From positions 24,867,143-24,931,142 of the forward strand of contig JAUZTB010000068.1 in assembly GCA_034780895.1 (NCBI GenBank): a DNA stretch of 64,000 bases, in the 5' to 3' direction. Positions 1 to 13,579 of the stretch are shown one piece after another. Every line of letters starts with the position of its first letter. Within the stretch, counting starts at the first letter, position 1. The notes beneath the pieces were generated by a model that had not been told where the DNA came from, ran no database searches, and was given only the letters and a program-made list of their open reading frames with translations. The translations under genes and the position numbers were made by a program. The stretch is from Rhynchobatus australiae (Eukaryota).

Positions 1-29
1 AAGTGACAATAATAAACCAATACCAATAT

Positions 30-265
30 TGGTGTTCTTCCACCTTGGGAGTCTTGCAATAAGATGTGTAGCTGCTCAAGTTTTAAGCCCTCTCCTCCCT
101 TTCCTCCTTGGACACCCCTGAAAACCTGTCCCTTTAATGAAACGTTTGGTCATTTACCCTCATTTTTCTTTTGATGGCCTAATGTGAAATGGTATCTAAT
201 AATGCTCCTGTAAAGTGTCTTGCAGTGGTTTACTTATCTGGAAGTTAGATTGCAAAGTGCTGTTT
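30..265 (+). mobile_element. L2 LINE 3' end fragment
   Basis: Resembles the L2 3' UTR (gctcctgtaaagtgtcttg...tgcaaagtgctgtt) and the reverse complement of 24340-24500. Confidence 0.45.
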
Positions 266-1250
266 TCATCAGTGCTATGCGACTGAAAATCAATTTAGCA
301 TGGAATAAATCAGTTGTACAGTATGTCTATTTCTGGGCCATATCATAGCAATTGTGAAGCTCTCCCAGGCCCCAGTTTGCAGTGCTCCCTAATGATACCA
401 AAGCAATTTCCACACAACAGAATGATGTTAATCCTGATTCAAAGTTCCTCTGGGACCACCGTGGAAAAACTTGTCCAGATTGTCCTGGGGGCACCTGTTG
501 TTGAGCACTCTTGAAACAAACTCTTAATCAAACATCACTGAACTGGAAAACTTGCAGGTAAATAAAAACTTAGCTGAAACCTCACTCCATTCTTGTCTAC
601 CTGCCTTCCTAACAACCATCACCCCTGCACTGAAATGCCACCCCAACTCCATCCAGTCTCATGTCCTCTTCTCTCCAAAGCCAGGTACCTTCCAGTCTTG
701 CAATCCTCCTGCTTTGTTACATTACCAACAGTCTCCCACTCTATCCAGTACAGCACCTCTCTCACATCTTGGTGTTGGTGACCATCCCAGACACACCAAT
801 CCCACCACCACCCCTGCATTCAATCATACCCATCAGCCTCCTTACCCTCGTGTAACACCACCCCCTCACTAATGTCTTACACATCCAACTACAATCAACA
901 TTGAACACTGTCTAACATCCCTTCCCTCCTGCCACCACCCTCCCAACCTCCTATACAAATAGGCAACACCAGATAACCACTGATGTCAGTATGTACCTGC
1001 CATTAACTTGTGACTGAGGCCTCAAGCCTTGGTCAAAATTGAATTTTGAAGCAGAGGCCAGCAATCACTATAGTTGTAGTTCTATTACAACTGCACATCT
1101 GTTAGAGTGCAGTCAAACTTACATCAATCATTTTAAAAATGAGATATAAATGTAATAATTATTTAATGTCATATAGATCATTCATCATTAGAGCAGTCCA
1201 AATGAACACTGCATCAGTTTTACCTGGTGGTTGATAGATATTGGGCCCTA

Positions 1251-1466
<216 letters not shown>

Positions 1467-2784
1467 TTAAATGAAAATCCATATTTTAATTAATCAAGGA
1501 ACAGCACAATGTCTTGTGACTGTAACATACAAGATGGATTGTGTTCTGATCATAATTACAGACAGAAAAGAGTGCGCTGAAAGATAATTATGGTGTGGGA
1601 GGGGTAGACTGACAATCTGGATAGCAAAAGTTTGGAAGGATGTCAGCCAAATGCGGGAAAATGGAATTAGCTCATGGAAGGCACATTGGTTGGCAGGGAT
1701 GAGTTGAACCAAAGGGCAAGTTTCCGTGCTGTAAAACTCTGTGACTCTGATTCACTTCTGAAGGCCACATGTGTAAATGTGGAGGTTGCAAACTTCTTGC
1801 TGTCTTTCTGACTGCACTCTGATATTGCGCCATTTTCCCAGTAATGTGCTGTGAGAGCTGAGCCTGAACATGGCACAAATTTAGCAAAATAATTCACTTA
1901 AGTGGAAAGAATCTCTCCTGAGGTTCTTCAATTTTTCATTTAATTAACTATTGTATTTAATTCTTAATGCAAACATGTTGAAATGAGTTTAATTGCTTTA
2001 AGTCTGTTTATTAATAACTAATTTTCTAAAATATTAAATATAAGCTTCATTGTAACAGGTTTAATTTTTTTTTAAGTGTCTGTTGAGATCAGAGAAAGAC
2101 TTTTGAAAGGAGTTTTGCTAATTGTGAGGCATGGTTTAACAATGCCGCTGCATGTTCTGAAGGTGGGTCTGCATTTCTCCAGGAAAACTGAATGCTCTGT
2201 TGGGCCTTACTGGCTTAAGGGAGTGTGGCCACTGCAGGTAACAACAGGCAAGGAAGCAGAGACTGCAGAGGCTCACCATTTACACACTGGACCAACCTAT
2301 TCTGCCACAGGATGTATATTGTGCTGTTATTGAAACAGGGAGAGGCACAAGTTACTACAAACAGCAAAAACAAAATGCTACAGATGATTTATTTCTCTAC
2401 CTATCTTGGTGTCACCCTGTTTTGCCTTGGAATATCAGCCCTTTTGAAATTAATTACACCTCCCTTCCACTAAATCACAGAGCTTCCTTTTTGATCTTTC
2501 CTCCCTGCTTCTGTACTTAGTAAAAGTCTGGTACATCTCTGATGCTTCCCTAACCTGAGAAAAGGCCAGCAAACAATAAGGTGAACTTTATTTCTTTCTC
2601 TGTAGATGGTGTCTGATCTGATTTAAATCTCCAACATTGATTACAAAATGATTAACAGCGTAAATATGTGAAGGTACTTACAAAAAAAATGGTAGCTGCT
2701 ATCTGTACAGAGAAGTTTAGGTTCTATTTAAATAATCAATCGTATCTACAGGTGGCTGCAAGAGGTGATCATTTTTGGATCTTA

Positions 2785-3255
2785 GTGTTATAGCAATACA
2801 GCACAGAAGCAGGCTCTTCATCCATAGCGATCATAGCAACTGTCAAGTACCAATTTATATTAATCCTATTTTGTCCTCCACACATTCCCATTAATCCCTT
2901 GAGATTCTGACATTCACCANNNNNNNNNNNNNNNNNNNNNNNNNNNNNNNNNNNNNNNNNNNNNNNNNNNNNNNNNNNNNNNNNNNNNNNNNNNNNNNNN
3001 NNNNNNNNNNNNNNNNNNNNNNNNNNNNNNNNNNNNNNNNNNNNNNNNNNNNNNNNNNNNNNNNNNNNNNNNNNNNNNNNNNNNNNNNNNNNNNNNNNNN
3101 NNNNNNNCTACAAGCTAAGGTTTTGTAGCACTCATACAATGATCAGGGTAGGCTCAGACCAGCAATCACAACAGCAACAGAGATCGGGATGGAACACGGG
3201 TCTCTGGAGGTGAGAGGAAGCAACTCCACTACTTAAGCCATTGTGCTCCACTACT
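2785..3255 (-). mobile_element. HE1-like V-SINE, interrupted by an N run
   Basis: CR1-type tail (acagcacagaagcaggc) at the left and tRNA-like head (gggatggaacacgggtctctggaggtgagagg) at the right, as in the copy at 8630-8946. Confidence 0.5.
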
Positions 3256-4624
3256 TTTGTTAAATGCTTATGATACATCTTGTTCATAGGCTGTATATTC
3301 TCTGTTTCTTTGGAGTCTATTAAGTTCTGACACCACAAGACAATGTCATGAATAGCAAGAGACAGCCTTGAGAAACTGATCATATTTAATCACCCCTGTC
3401 ATTATACTTTTAAAGTAAACTGCAATCCAGATCATTCCTTATAACCCATGGAGTTGGAGATGACTGCCATTATTTCATTTTGTCAAAGTGCTGAGAATGA
3501 TTAGGTCTGTGCAATGAACCAAAATATTCCCATGTCCTGGTGGGTGAGTTTTACTCGATGACTTTGTGTACCTCATGATATAATTGCACTAAATTGTGGG
3601 GTAAATGTTGACAACATGACATACACTGGCAAAATACATTATCCACCAGTGTTGCTCAACATTGTAAGATAGTTATTTTAAATTGGTTACAGAAGTTATT
3701 TCACCTATGTACAATAACATTCCAACTGCAAGCCTTTGCTAACAGCCACAATTGTCTGAAAATTCCAACAGCAGTGTTCCAGTGGCTGTTTCCATAGTAA
3801 CTTGGGCCCAGTAACTACAAGCTAAGGTTTTGTAGCACTCATACAATGATCAGGGTAGGCTCAGACCAGCAATCACAACAGGCTGGGATTTGCGACTGTG
3901 ATGATGGCCAAACTGTCAGTGCACCCCATCATTACACTGTAAAACTGACAGTGACTTCTGGCAGTTGCACCTACATGGTTAAATGAAAAATGTGGAAGCT
4001 AATGTCAGCAATAGCATCCTCTTTTGGAAGTGAGTGAATGCTGTTCTTTCAGTGCTGACCATAATGACAGCATGAGTGCAGCAATTAAGCCCTCTTAGCT
4101 CGGTTGCCAGTCACTTGTCACCACTATTGCAATCACTGCTTGAAAGTACTCCTCTTGTGTCACCAAAGTGGACTGGATCCAAACTCTACCATTAAAAAGG
4201 GTGTGCTTATTTAGTATTTTAAATCCTCACTAAACAATAGCTGAAACTGATTGCTGCCCAGAAATCCTTGAACTTTCACATTTTGTTTCACTGAAAAAAA
4301 GAGATTCATTTCATTTTTGACTTATCCTTCCTGAATTNNNNNNNNNNNNNNNNNNNNNNNNNNNNNNNNNNNNNNNNNNNTTCCACTGAGTGATCTGCTT
4401 AACATTTTAACTTGTTCTCCACAGCATTCCAGTACCTCGTATTTCTGACTATGTTGGTTTACGATTTTATTTCTGGGTAATTCACATTTCTTTTATGCTC
4501 TGAAATGGTGATCATTTCTGGCTTTATTACATAATTTCTTAACTTCTGTTAAAATAAATTATACAGTAGGATTAAATGATTCTCTTTCCAGCATGATAAC
4601 ACCAAAAGTGTTATCTTCACTTAC

Positions 4625-4813
4625 AGAGGCACTTTGGGAGTGATTTGTCCCAGGACCCATCGCCTTGACACGTCAGCACATCTGATCCCAACAGGTAGTA
4701 TCCGGCATTGCACTCATACGAGACGCTACTGCCATAACTGAATCGCTGGGCGATGTTTAATTGTACTCTGCGAATTCCATTTTCCACATGTGCAGGATCT
4801 GAACAGTTGACAA
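4625..4813 (-). CDS. CSMD2: CSMD2-like exon, Sushi20 (VVNCSDPAHVENGIRRVQLNIAQRFSYG...CQGDGSWDKSLPKCL)
   Basis: 189 bp, absent from the ORF track; acceptor CTTGTAG, donor GTAAGT. Confidence 0.93.
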
Positions 4814-4903
4814 CTACAAGAGAGTAAGTATATATTCAGTGTCCATACACCATCCTTCTACATATCAAAATCTTTGAAACTGATTGATAGCTGGAGTTTG
4901 TAC

Positions 4904-5077
4904 CTTTACATGTAGGAAGTGAATTGCTCCACTGCCCGTTAGATTGGCACTGGGAGCTAATGGATCCATGCAGCAAGTAACCCGGGTTACAGGTAAACCT
5001 AACCACATCATTCAGGTTAAATTGGGTTCCGTGAGTTACTCCATTTGCTGGATTACCAGGGTGACCACATGTAATAG
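4904..5077 (-). CDS. CSMD2: CSMD2-like exon, Sushi19 (PITCGHPGNPANGVTHGTQFNLNDVVRFTCNPGY...WSNSLPTCK)
   Basis: 174 bp, absent from the ORF track; acceptor TTTTCCAG, donor GTACAA. Confidence 0.93.
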
Positions 5078-5249
5078 CTGGAAAAGGTAAATAGCATTAC
5101 AGTCATTCAGTAACATCTGATCATTCTACAAAACTCAAATATAGTGAAATTCAACCAGTGCAGTCAAAATTATGACAGATCTTGTTTGAAATTAACAAAA
5201 TATAAATACATAGATCTAAGATAAGGGGCCTAATATACACCGTAGTAAG

Positions 5250-7490
5250 TCCAGCCACTCTGAATAATATTTAGGATACTCACATCGCTTCCAGAGAAAT
5301 GCCTACTACAGTGACAATTTCTTGCAGGAAGCATATATTGTTGATATAGTATAACTATACAACATGGCCGTGGTTATCCCAGGCATTGATGATACTGACT
5401 CCTCCATATTCAGGAATGTAGAGAGGAGTCAATTTTCTGGGACCAGGTGAGTGAATGAGTGAACCAATACCCAATAATTTAACCATATCCCCTGAAATAC
5501 ACTGTATACAAGGTATTGACTCAGATACCAGGAAATGGTCAATTTGTCACATGGTCAATGGTCACATTCTNNNNNNNNNNNNNNNNNNNNNNNNNNNNNN
5601 NNNNNNNNNNNNNNNNNNNNNNNNNNNNNNNNNNNNNNNNNNNNNNNNNNNNNNNNNNNNNNNNNNNNNNNNNNNNNNNNNNNNNNNNNNNNNNNNNNNN
5701 NNNNNNNNNNNNNNNNNNNNNNNNNNNNNNNNNNNNNNNNNNNNNNNNNNNNNNNNNNNNNNNNNNNNNNNNNNNNNNNNNNAGCACCGACAGGGAGTGA
5801 ATTGTCACCATTAATTTAGTAAAAAAGTGTAGACCGCCAGCTGGCAGTGAATCATCTGCTTATTCCCAATGTATTGAGTCTCATTTGTGATAGTAAACTA
5901 CTTCCATGTGTCATCAATGCAAAAAAGGTTCATAGCCCAAGCTCCATCAATATACGTTCGGAATGACTGAAAGAACTCTTAAAAACTTACCAGGATCAAT
6001 GAAGCATTATTCTGCCTATTACGAAGGACTGAACTATGGCTTAAAAAAGAAGCAACACCATCAAACCGATTCTAGAAACCTGCATTTGACTTGCCAAACA
6101 TTAAAAGATTATTCAAATCCATGTGTTATCCCACCTGTTTTTCAATTTTATGAATTATTGCTCCACTGGGTATTGCAATCATAATCCACTCTGAAGAATT
6201 AAGGCATTCAAAATCCATACAGTCCAAAATAAACTGCCAATATTAATATTCTGTTTCAGATGGTACATGAAAATGCATCTTCAATTGTTAAAAATTTAAG
6301 CTGAAGCAAGTACGTTGTTGAATCTAATAGCATAAGTGATTCACCATACTCGAAGGATAAGAGACCAGCTGTGTCGCGATGAGGAAATACCAGTTGGGAA
6401 TACCAGAGAGAAGACAAGGACAGAAGGAGAAGCAAGCTTTACTTCACTGCTGGTGCAAGGGACCAAGCACTTACGCAGTGGGATTGATAGCAACCAGGCA
6501 GCAAAAAAATATCCATTTTCCCTCACTCAGTATTAGTGCACAGTGATACTAGGCAGTAGGGAGGGAGTCATAAATTTGGGGAAAAATGAATGTCTATCTT
6601 TGGGATTAAATTTTAACCACTAAGGATTAAAATTTGTTTCACGCTCACAAGTATTTCAGTATTACGCAATTAAAGCTTCCTCAGTCATTTTGTATCATTG
6701 GTAACATTTGACCACACACATCCTGGCAAGAGTCATTCATACAAAACTGCAGCAACTTCCACTTTAGGAACACAGGGGATGTTAAAGCATTGCAGGGGAT
6801 CATGAACCAAGTTTTCCTGTGGGAAGACATTCCTGGGACAACATTGCCTTGCCTGAAAACTGCTGAACTGGAAGACCCAATGTATTGCTCAAAGCCCAAA
6901 CAAACAACTTGTCCTCCCTGATTCAAATGCAAGCATCAAGAACTTCCTCCCTGATCATTACACCATGCACTGACTACCGGCCCTTCCCAATCTCCCACCC
7001 AACACCACACCCCATGCTGGTCCCCCGCAGTGTGTGACTGTTGCTCCCCCCACCCTACTAATCGCCAGTCCTCCCCAATACCTCTTCTGCCAAACCCAAG
7101 TCATGCTACTCCCCAAACCACACATGCAGCAATATATGGACTTCACAATCTGTCCTCCAATAAATACTGGCCTTCAATGTCTCACGAACACCCTCTGATA
7201 AGATTGGGTGAATAACCAACAATCTCTGAAGTCCAGTTCCAAGAAAAGAACTGGCAGTTTATTTTTTGCTGCAGACATAGACAATATGCAACATGTTGTG
7301 CCCAAAGTCCAATAGGAATTTTCATTGAAGAGGTAATACCCAAAATGTTCATTGGTGCTGTTATTAAAAAAGAGAACTGGAAACTCTTGGGATGAATGAT
7401 CGCCAGAAGGCTTAGCGTGCAGACAGAAGCACCAGTCTCCAGGGGCATGTTTATCCATCCACCAAATCTTGAACAATGATTTCATTTGCT
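5250..7490 (-). mobile_element. Highly decayed L1/Tx1-like ORF2 fossil with later insertions
   Basis: Collinear minus-strand motifs: IIHP...LFLELDF (~7220-7410), GF..F..W (~6090-6120), TTT GCA [TT] GAT GAC ACA = FADDT (5907-5923), LYIPEYGG (~5400-5425). Confidence 0.35.
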
Positions 7491-7659
7491 AACCACCACC
7501 CTACCCATTGACCCATTTTATGAGAAAACATTTTTGGTTAACCAAGAATTGAAAACAGGTACCTAATGAAATGAGTAAAAAAAATGACATATATTGACTG
7601 GAATTAAAGAAAATAAACCATGACTTTCAGAGTCATTTTCCCTCCTTCATTGATAACTA

Positions 7660-7850
<191 letters not shown>

Positions 7851-8383
7851 NNNNNNNNNNNNNNNNNNNNNNNNNNNNNNNNNNNNNNNNNNNNNNNNNN
7901 NNNNNNNNNNNNNNNNNNNNNNNNNNNNNNNNNNNNNNNNNNNNNNNNNNNNNNNNNNNNNNNNNNNNNNNNNNNNNNNNNNNNNNNNNNNNNNNNNNNN
8001 NNNNNNNNNNNNNNNNNNNNNNNNNNNNNNNNNNNNNNNNNNNNNATGAAACACAGAACATGCCTGTTTTAATCTTGTGCAAATTTACAGTAGAAAGTTA
8101 CAGATTTTGAGTTTAAATGAGACAGTGAGGAGAGGACGGGGGGCTTATGTAATGACAGAGCAGTAAAAATAGGACTGGAGTTTAAAAAACAGCATAGAGG
8201 GGTCTAGTCCTCAATTTAAATCCAAATTAAAAACACTAAACTATTTCAGGTTAAAAACACAAAGCAGGTATTAAAGCTGTGTTTCAGTGGTATTTACTTA
8301 AAATTTTGAGAGACTAAAATTAAACATGATACAAATAAACAGAACAACACAATTTTCTAGCACACAGCTTGCAGAATTGTTCA

Positions 8384-8611
<228 letters not shown>

Positions 8612-8629
8612 TTAAATTATTAGTTTTAA

Positions 8630-8946
8630 CAGAGTCACAGAGTCATGCAGCACAGATCCAGGCTCTCTGACCCACGAACTCAAGCATTGACTTATACCAA
8701 TCCCACAGTAATCTCATTTAATTCTCCTACATTCCAGCAATCACCTACACACCAGGGGCAATTTACAATGGCCAATTAACCTTCTAACTCGCACATCTTT
8801 GGGATGTGGGAGGAAATCAGAGTACCTGAAGGAAACCCAGATGATCACAGGGATAAATAGGCCAACTCCACACAGACAGTACCTGAGCTCAGGATTGAAC
8901 TCCGTCAATGGAGACGTGAGGCCCGTAGTTCAACCAGCTGCCCCAC
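8630..8946 (-). mobile_element. HE1-like V-SINE
   Basis: V-domain (tttgggatgtgggaggaaatcagagtacctgaaggaaaccc), tRNA B-box-like caggattgaac, CR1-type tail. Confidence 0.75.
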
Positions 8947-9919
8947 ATATGCCATCAATCAGCCATCTACAATCCATTCCTACATTTCCATTTGTTCTCT
9001 TCTTCCCTCCATTTAATCTGCATCTTAAAACCTGCCTTTCTGATGAAAGAGTCTCAAGCACAGACAGTACCTGCTTCTCTGGCAGCAGGTGCTACCTAGT
9101 TAGCTATGGATTTCCAGCTTTTCTCTTTTAATGTTGAAATGATGAATGGGTCTCGGTGCTGGTTCGAGCAAAAGCATGAACATTTTGGATGAGGTCAGTT
9201 TTACAGAAGACACAAACTGGAGGTCAGCCAAGGGTGATTGTGCCAGTCAAGTCCAGAGATAAAGTACAAATGAGATGATATTTAAATTTATACATGGGGG
9301 TCATTTTTCATGTCAGCAATCCATCTAGTAACATGGCAGAGGAGACCAGTGATCCAACTTGCATCCCATTAATTTCTAGAGGATTGAACAGTGAGCAAGA
9401 GTGGTTATCATCCAAAGAGAGAACGTGCAAGCCATCTCTGAGGTGATGTGATATGCACGGATACTTGAAAGGAAACATGGGTTGGCCTCAGTACCTGTGG
9501 AAATTTACAAACCTGAGGTCAAAAGGCAGGTTTTTTTTTCCAGTAAATGTCAACTGTCTGCACCAGCTCTAATATAATGCATGACTTGTTTCAAATAATA
9601 ATAAATTCCCCAGCACATAGATGCCTAATTTATCCTGCTATTTAACACATCAGACAAATTGATTATTTTAAATCCTAACAAATGTGTAAAATAGTTGAGA
9701 AATTTCAAAACATTCTGAAGGTTGTTATAGATTAACTAGATTCATCTTCATCCCCAATAACATATTGTTTTCTCAACAAGTAGTATAGTAGATCATAAAT
9801 CATGACTTGGGATTTTTTAAACTGTAAAAGGAAGTAAATTTAATTTTAAAAATTCTCTCTCTTTTTAATCTTGATACCTCCACTGAAATATTTTTCTCAT
9901 ATTATTCTCTGATTTACTT

Positions 9920-10250
9920 ATGACAGAGGAGGCAGCCATTTGGCCCATCAAGTCTGTGCTGGCTCTCCAGAGTGTTCAGTCTGTCCATTTATTCCCTGCA
10001 ATCGATTATCTCTCACATGTCATTTGACTTCACCCCCATTCTCCTACCACCTACCTGCTTACAGTTGAGGTAGTTATGGTAACTAATTAACCTACCAACC
10101 CACACATCTATGGAATGTAGGAGTAAACTGGACACTTGGGGGAAACAAATGTGGGTGCAGGGAAAAATGCAAACTCCACATAAATGGCATTGGAGACCAG
10201 GATTGAATCTGAATCAGAGGAGGTGTGATGCAGCACTGCTGCCTGCTTCA
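9920..10250 (-). mobile_element. HE1-like V-SINE
   Basis: Same V-domain (ggaatgtaggagtaaactggacac...tgcaaactccaca) with tRNA head and CR1-type tail. Confidence 0.7.
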
Positions 10251-10564
10251 CCAGTGTACAGTCTGAAGAAGATATACAATGACATGATGATGGAATTAGA
10301 TGAAGGAGGCTTCTGAGACTGACCTTGCAAGAGAACCAGGTCAATATGAGTAGGGGTCAATAAACAAAGCTGCAAATAACCAAATCAATATGCTCCTTTG
10401 CATAGTCAGCATCAGTCATCCTCCTCAAACAGAGTGTCCTCTGATGTGATCAACAGTCAATATTTGGGAAAAAAACAATAAAAGATCAGCAGTAAATGAA
10501 AGGACTTCATAAATCAACTGAAGTCAATCGCGCCAAATTGTTGTTTTTAAATGTTATTAATTAT

Positions 10565-11925
10565 AGAGTCATTGAGAGATACAGCATTGAAACAGGTCCT
10601 TTGGCTCGTCAAGCCTGCATCATCAACCACACATTTTACACTAACCCTACATTAATTCTGGTTTATTTTCTCTTCACGTTCTCTTCAACTCCTCCCAGAT
10701 TCTACCACTCACCTTACATAATAGGGGTAATTGATAGTGACCAATTAACCTACCAAACTAGAATCATATTTATTATCACTGACTTAGATGACGTGAATTT
10801 TATTGTTTAGTGGCAGCAGTACAGTGCAAAGACATAAAATTACAAAAATAAATAAATAGTGCAAAAAAAAGGGGAAAATGAGGGTTCATGCACCGTTCAG
10901 AAATCTGACAGCAGAGGGGAAGAAGCTGTTCCTGAATTGTTGAGTGTGAATCTTCAGGCTCCTGTACCTCCTCCCTGATGGTAGCAACGAGAAGAGGGCA
11001 TGTCCTGGATGGTGAGGGTCCTTTGTGATGGATGCCACCTTCCTGAGGCACCACCTCTTGAAGATGTCCTCGATGGTGGGGAGGGTTGTTCCCATGATGG
11101 ACCTGGCTGAGTCTACAACCCTCTGCAGCCCCTTGTGATCCTGCGCATTGGAGCCTCTATACCAGGCTGTGATGAAACCATTCAGAATGCTCTCCACTGT
11201 ACATCTATAGAAATCTGTAAGAGTCTTTGGTGACATATTGAATTTCCTCAAGCTCCTAATGAAGTAGAGCTGCTAGCATGCCTTCTTTGTGATTGTATGT
11301 GTTAGGCACAGGATAGATCCTCCAAGACGTTGACACCCAGAAACTTGAAGCTGCTCACCCTTTCCACCACTGACTCCTCAATGAGGACTGGTGTGTGTTC
11401 TCCTGACTTCCCCTTCCTGAAGTCCATAATCGGTTCCTCAGTCTCTCTGACGTTATGTGCAAAGTTGTTATTGTGAACCACTCATCCAGCAGATCTATCT
11501 CACTCCGATGCGTCTCTCCGTCACAACCTGAGATTCTACCAACAACGGTGGTGTCATCGGCGAATTTATAGATCATATTTGAGCTGTGCTTAGCCACACA
11601 GTCAGGAGTGTAGAGAGAGCAGAGCAGTGGGCTAAGCATGCATCCTTGAGGTACACCTGTGTCAGCAAGATGGAGGCATTATTACTGATTTGCACTGACT
11701 GTGGTCTCCTGATAATAAGAGGATCCAGTTGCAAAGCGATGTAAAGAGGCCCAGGCTTTGAATTTGGTGGTTATCTTTGGGATGTAGGAAGAAAATAAGA
11801 GCACCTGGAGGAAACCATCGTGGTCACAGGGAAAACACACAAGTTCCATGCAGACAGCATCCGAGCTCAGGATTGAACCCAGCACTGAGAAGGCAGCACC
11901 TTAACATATGGTGCCACTGCCACCC
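10565..11925 (-). mobile_element. HE1-like V-SINE split in two (10565-10760 and 11773-11925) by a Rex1/Babar insertion
   Basis: The two halves join to reproduce the contiguous sequence of the 8630-8946 copy. Confidence 0.7.
10760..11772 (-). mobile_element. 5'-truncated Rex1/Babar non-LTR retrotransposon (RT to 3' end)
   Basis: GVPQGCMLSPLL, KFADDTTVVG and the C-terminal FYRCTVESIL...HPGHALFSLLPSGRRYRS...NSFFPSAVRFLN; frameshifted. Confidence 0.88.
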
Positions 11926-12715
11926 TGATAGAATTTCATCAGTCTGCTGTAGAAGTAACAAACAGCGTTCCACAGGTCTCGCTGCCTCATGACATTTTCA
12001 ATTGCTCTCTGTAGAACAGAATCCTGTTTAACTTCTTGCATGTTCTTTGCTGGTCTACAGAAATCCTTAGCCACCACTGCACACCATCATCCATGAACAA
12101 GTCTCCAGTTCTGGGGACTATTCCTGGCCTTTTGATCTGAGGTCGGTGCCCTACCGCAGTAGGTGGAATAATAAAAGACGAATAAATTTATTGGGATATC
12201 CACTTTGCTGTTACTTCTGAGTTTCTAAGTTGCAGACATGCACTCGGCTTCCTCTCAATGAGTATTGTCCAGGTCCCTGTTCTTGTCCAGGTCCCTGTTC
12301 TTTGTGGGGGATGGCTGAATTGATCTCAGAGGATACTGACACACACTTTGCATGATGTGTTACTGAAGGCAGAAACCTGGCTGTCTTTCCTCTTCCTAAC
12401 CCCCGAGTATTGAGGTGAGATCACTATAGCACACACGATAGATTAAAAGTCAGTCCACCTGTCCTGAGCAACTCAACACACAGGCAAATAAAGTTATGAA
12501 CTTGAATTGACAGGAACCAAAAATAAAATTCTGGACATAGCTCAAAATACTTAACTGGTCAGTTAAAAAAATATTAACAGATGGTTAAAACATTTCCTAT
12601 CAATAAACACACCAGTGAATAGCAGAGAGCAAGCCCATGCTCAGAGCAGGATGGTTAAGTTGTTTTGAGTTTATTATTTTACATGATTAACTTGCAAACA
12701 CCCTTTTATACTTAC

Positions 12716-12910
12716 TTTTACAGCTGGGCTTCTGTTGTCCTACACTCCAAGTCCCATTAGCCTGACAGTTGATGACCCTCAATCCTTGCAGATAATATCC
12801 TAGGTCACAAGTGATAATCACTTGAGCTCCATATTGATTTGGATTTCCATTTAGCAGCTTCCAGTTCCCATGCTCTACACGGATACTATTAACTTCAGGG
12901 CATGTCACAG
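12716..12910 (-). CDS. CSMD2: CSMD2-like exon, Sushi16 (AVTCPEVNSIRVEHGNW...WSVGQQKPSCK)
   Basis: 195 bp; acceptor TTACAG, donor GTAAGT. Confidence 0.93.
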
Positions 12911-13579
12911 CTGTAAGAATGCACATTGAACAGCAATCAATAGCGGATTATCACTTCATTACCTGCTGAGTTGCAATTTTCTGATTGGTTATCATTTTGA
13001 TCAATCAAGGATTGGAATTAACCTCCTTGTTTTACATTCCTACATTCAATTACAATATTTTGCAATGATGTACAATAAGTGAAAGGAATATTGCAACTCA
13101 TTGATCTTTCTTATTTAAAAAAAACTGAACCGTGACCACTTGACTTGCATTGTTTCTTCAGATCATTTCAAGAACAATCCATACCTCTTCTTTTTATTTT
13201 CTAACTATACTAGACAAGGTAAAATAAAATTGAGTTTGGTTAAGGTATATAAAATGTCTGTTCATAAAATGAGAAAAGTGTATAAAGCAATATTCCATCA
13301 TTTATCCTTGCATTTACACACATGGCCTGATGTTTAGTACTTAAAGGTAGTTTCACTAGTTTTGTTTTCTTGCAAAACAATGCAAAAGTTTTGCATTTTC
13401 TTAGTAAGTATTTAGGAGCACACACATTTTTTTGATTATCAGTTNNNNNNNNNNNNNNNNNNNNNNNNNNNNNNNNNNNNNNNNNNNNNNNNNNNNNNNN
13501 NNNNNNNNNNNNNNNNNNNNNNNNNNNNNNNNNNNNNNNNNNNNTTTTTGATTATCAGTTCTCGTATCTGCAATAAAGC

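Noticed and set aside
552-960. Pro/Thr/His-rich ORFs here and at about 6960-7130 and 44220-44620
   Set aside because: C-rich low-complexity DNA depleted of stop codons; no domain or splice support.
5284-5491. Candidate cassette exon with TTTCAG acceptor and GTGAGT donor
   Set aside because: 208 bp (not a multiple of 3), a stop codon in the CSMD frame, no Sushi cysteines, and it overlaps the putative L1/Tx1 fossil.
5535-5570. Plus-strand ORF reading MVNGHI, resembling the missing Sushi18 N-terminus (IVNGHI)
   Set aside because: Wrong strand, no preceding CG.P motif, and it arises from a short tandem repeat (tggtcaat..gtcaca x2); coincidence.
8880-8946. tRNA-like A/B-box segments here and at other SINE heads
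   Set aside because: These are SINE 5' heads; no complete cloverleaf, so no tRNA gene is called.
12265-12302. Short perfect tandem duplications (18 bp x2 here; 13 bp x2 at 35273-35298; 15 bp x2 at 56858-56893)
   Set aside because: Ordinary slippage duplications; no spacers, so not CRISPR-like.
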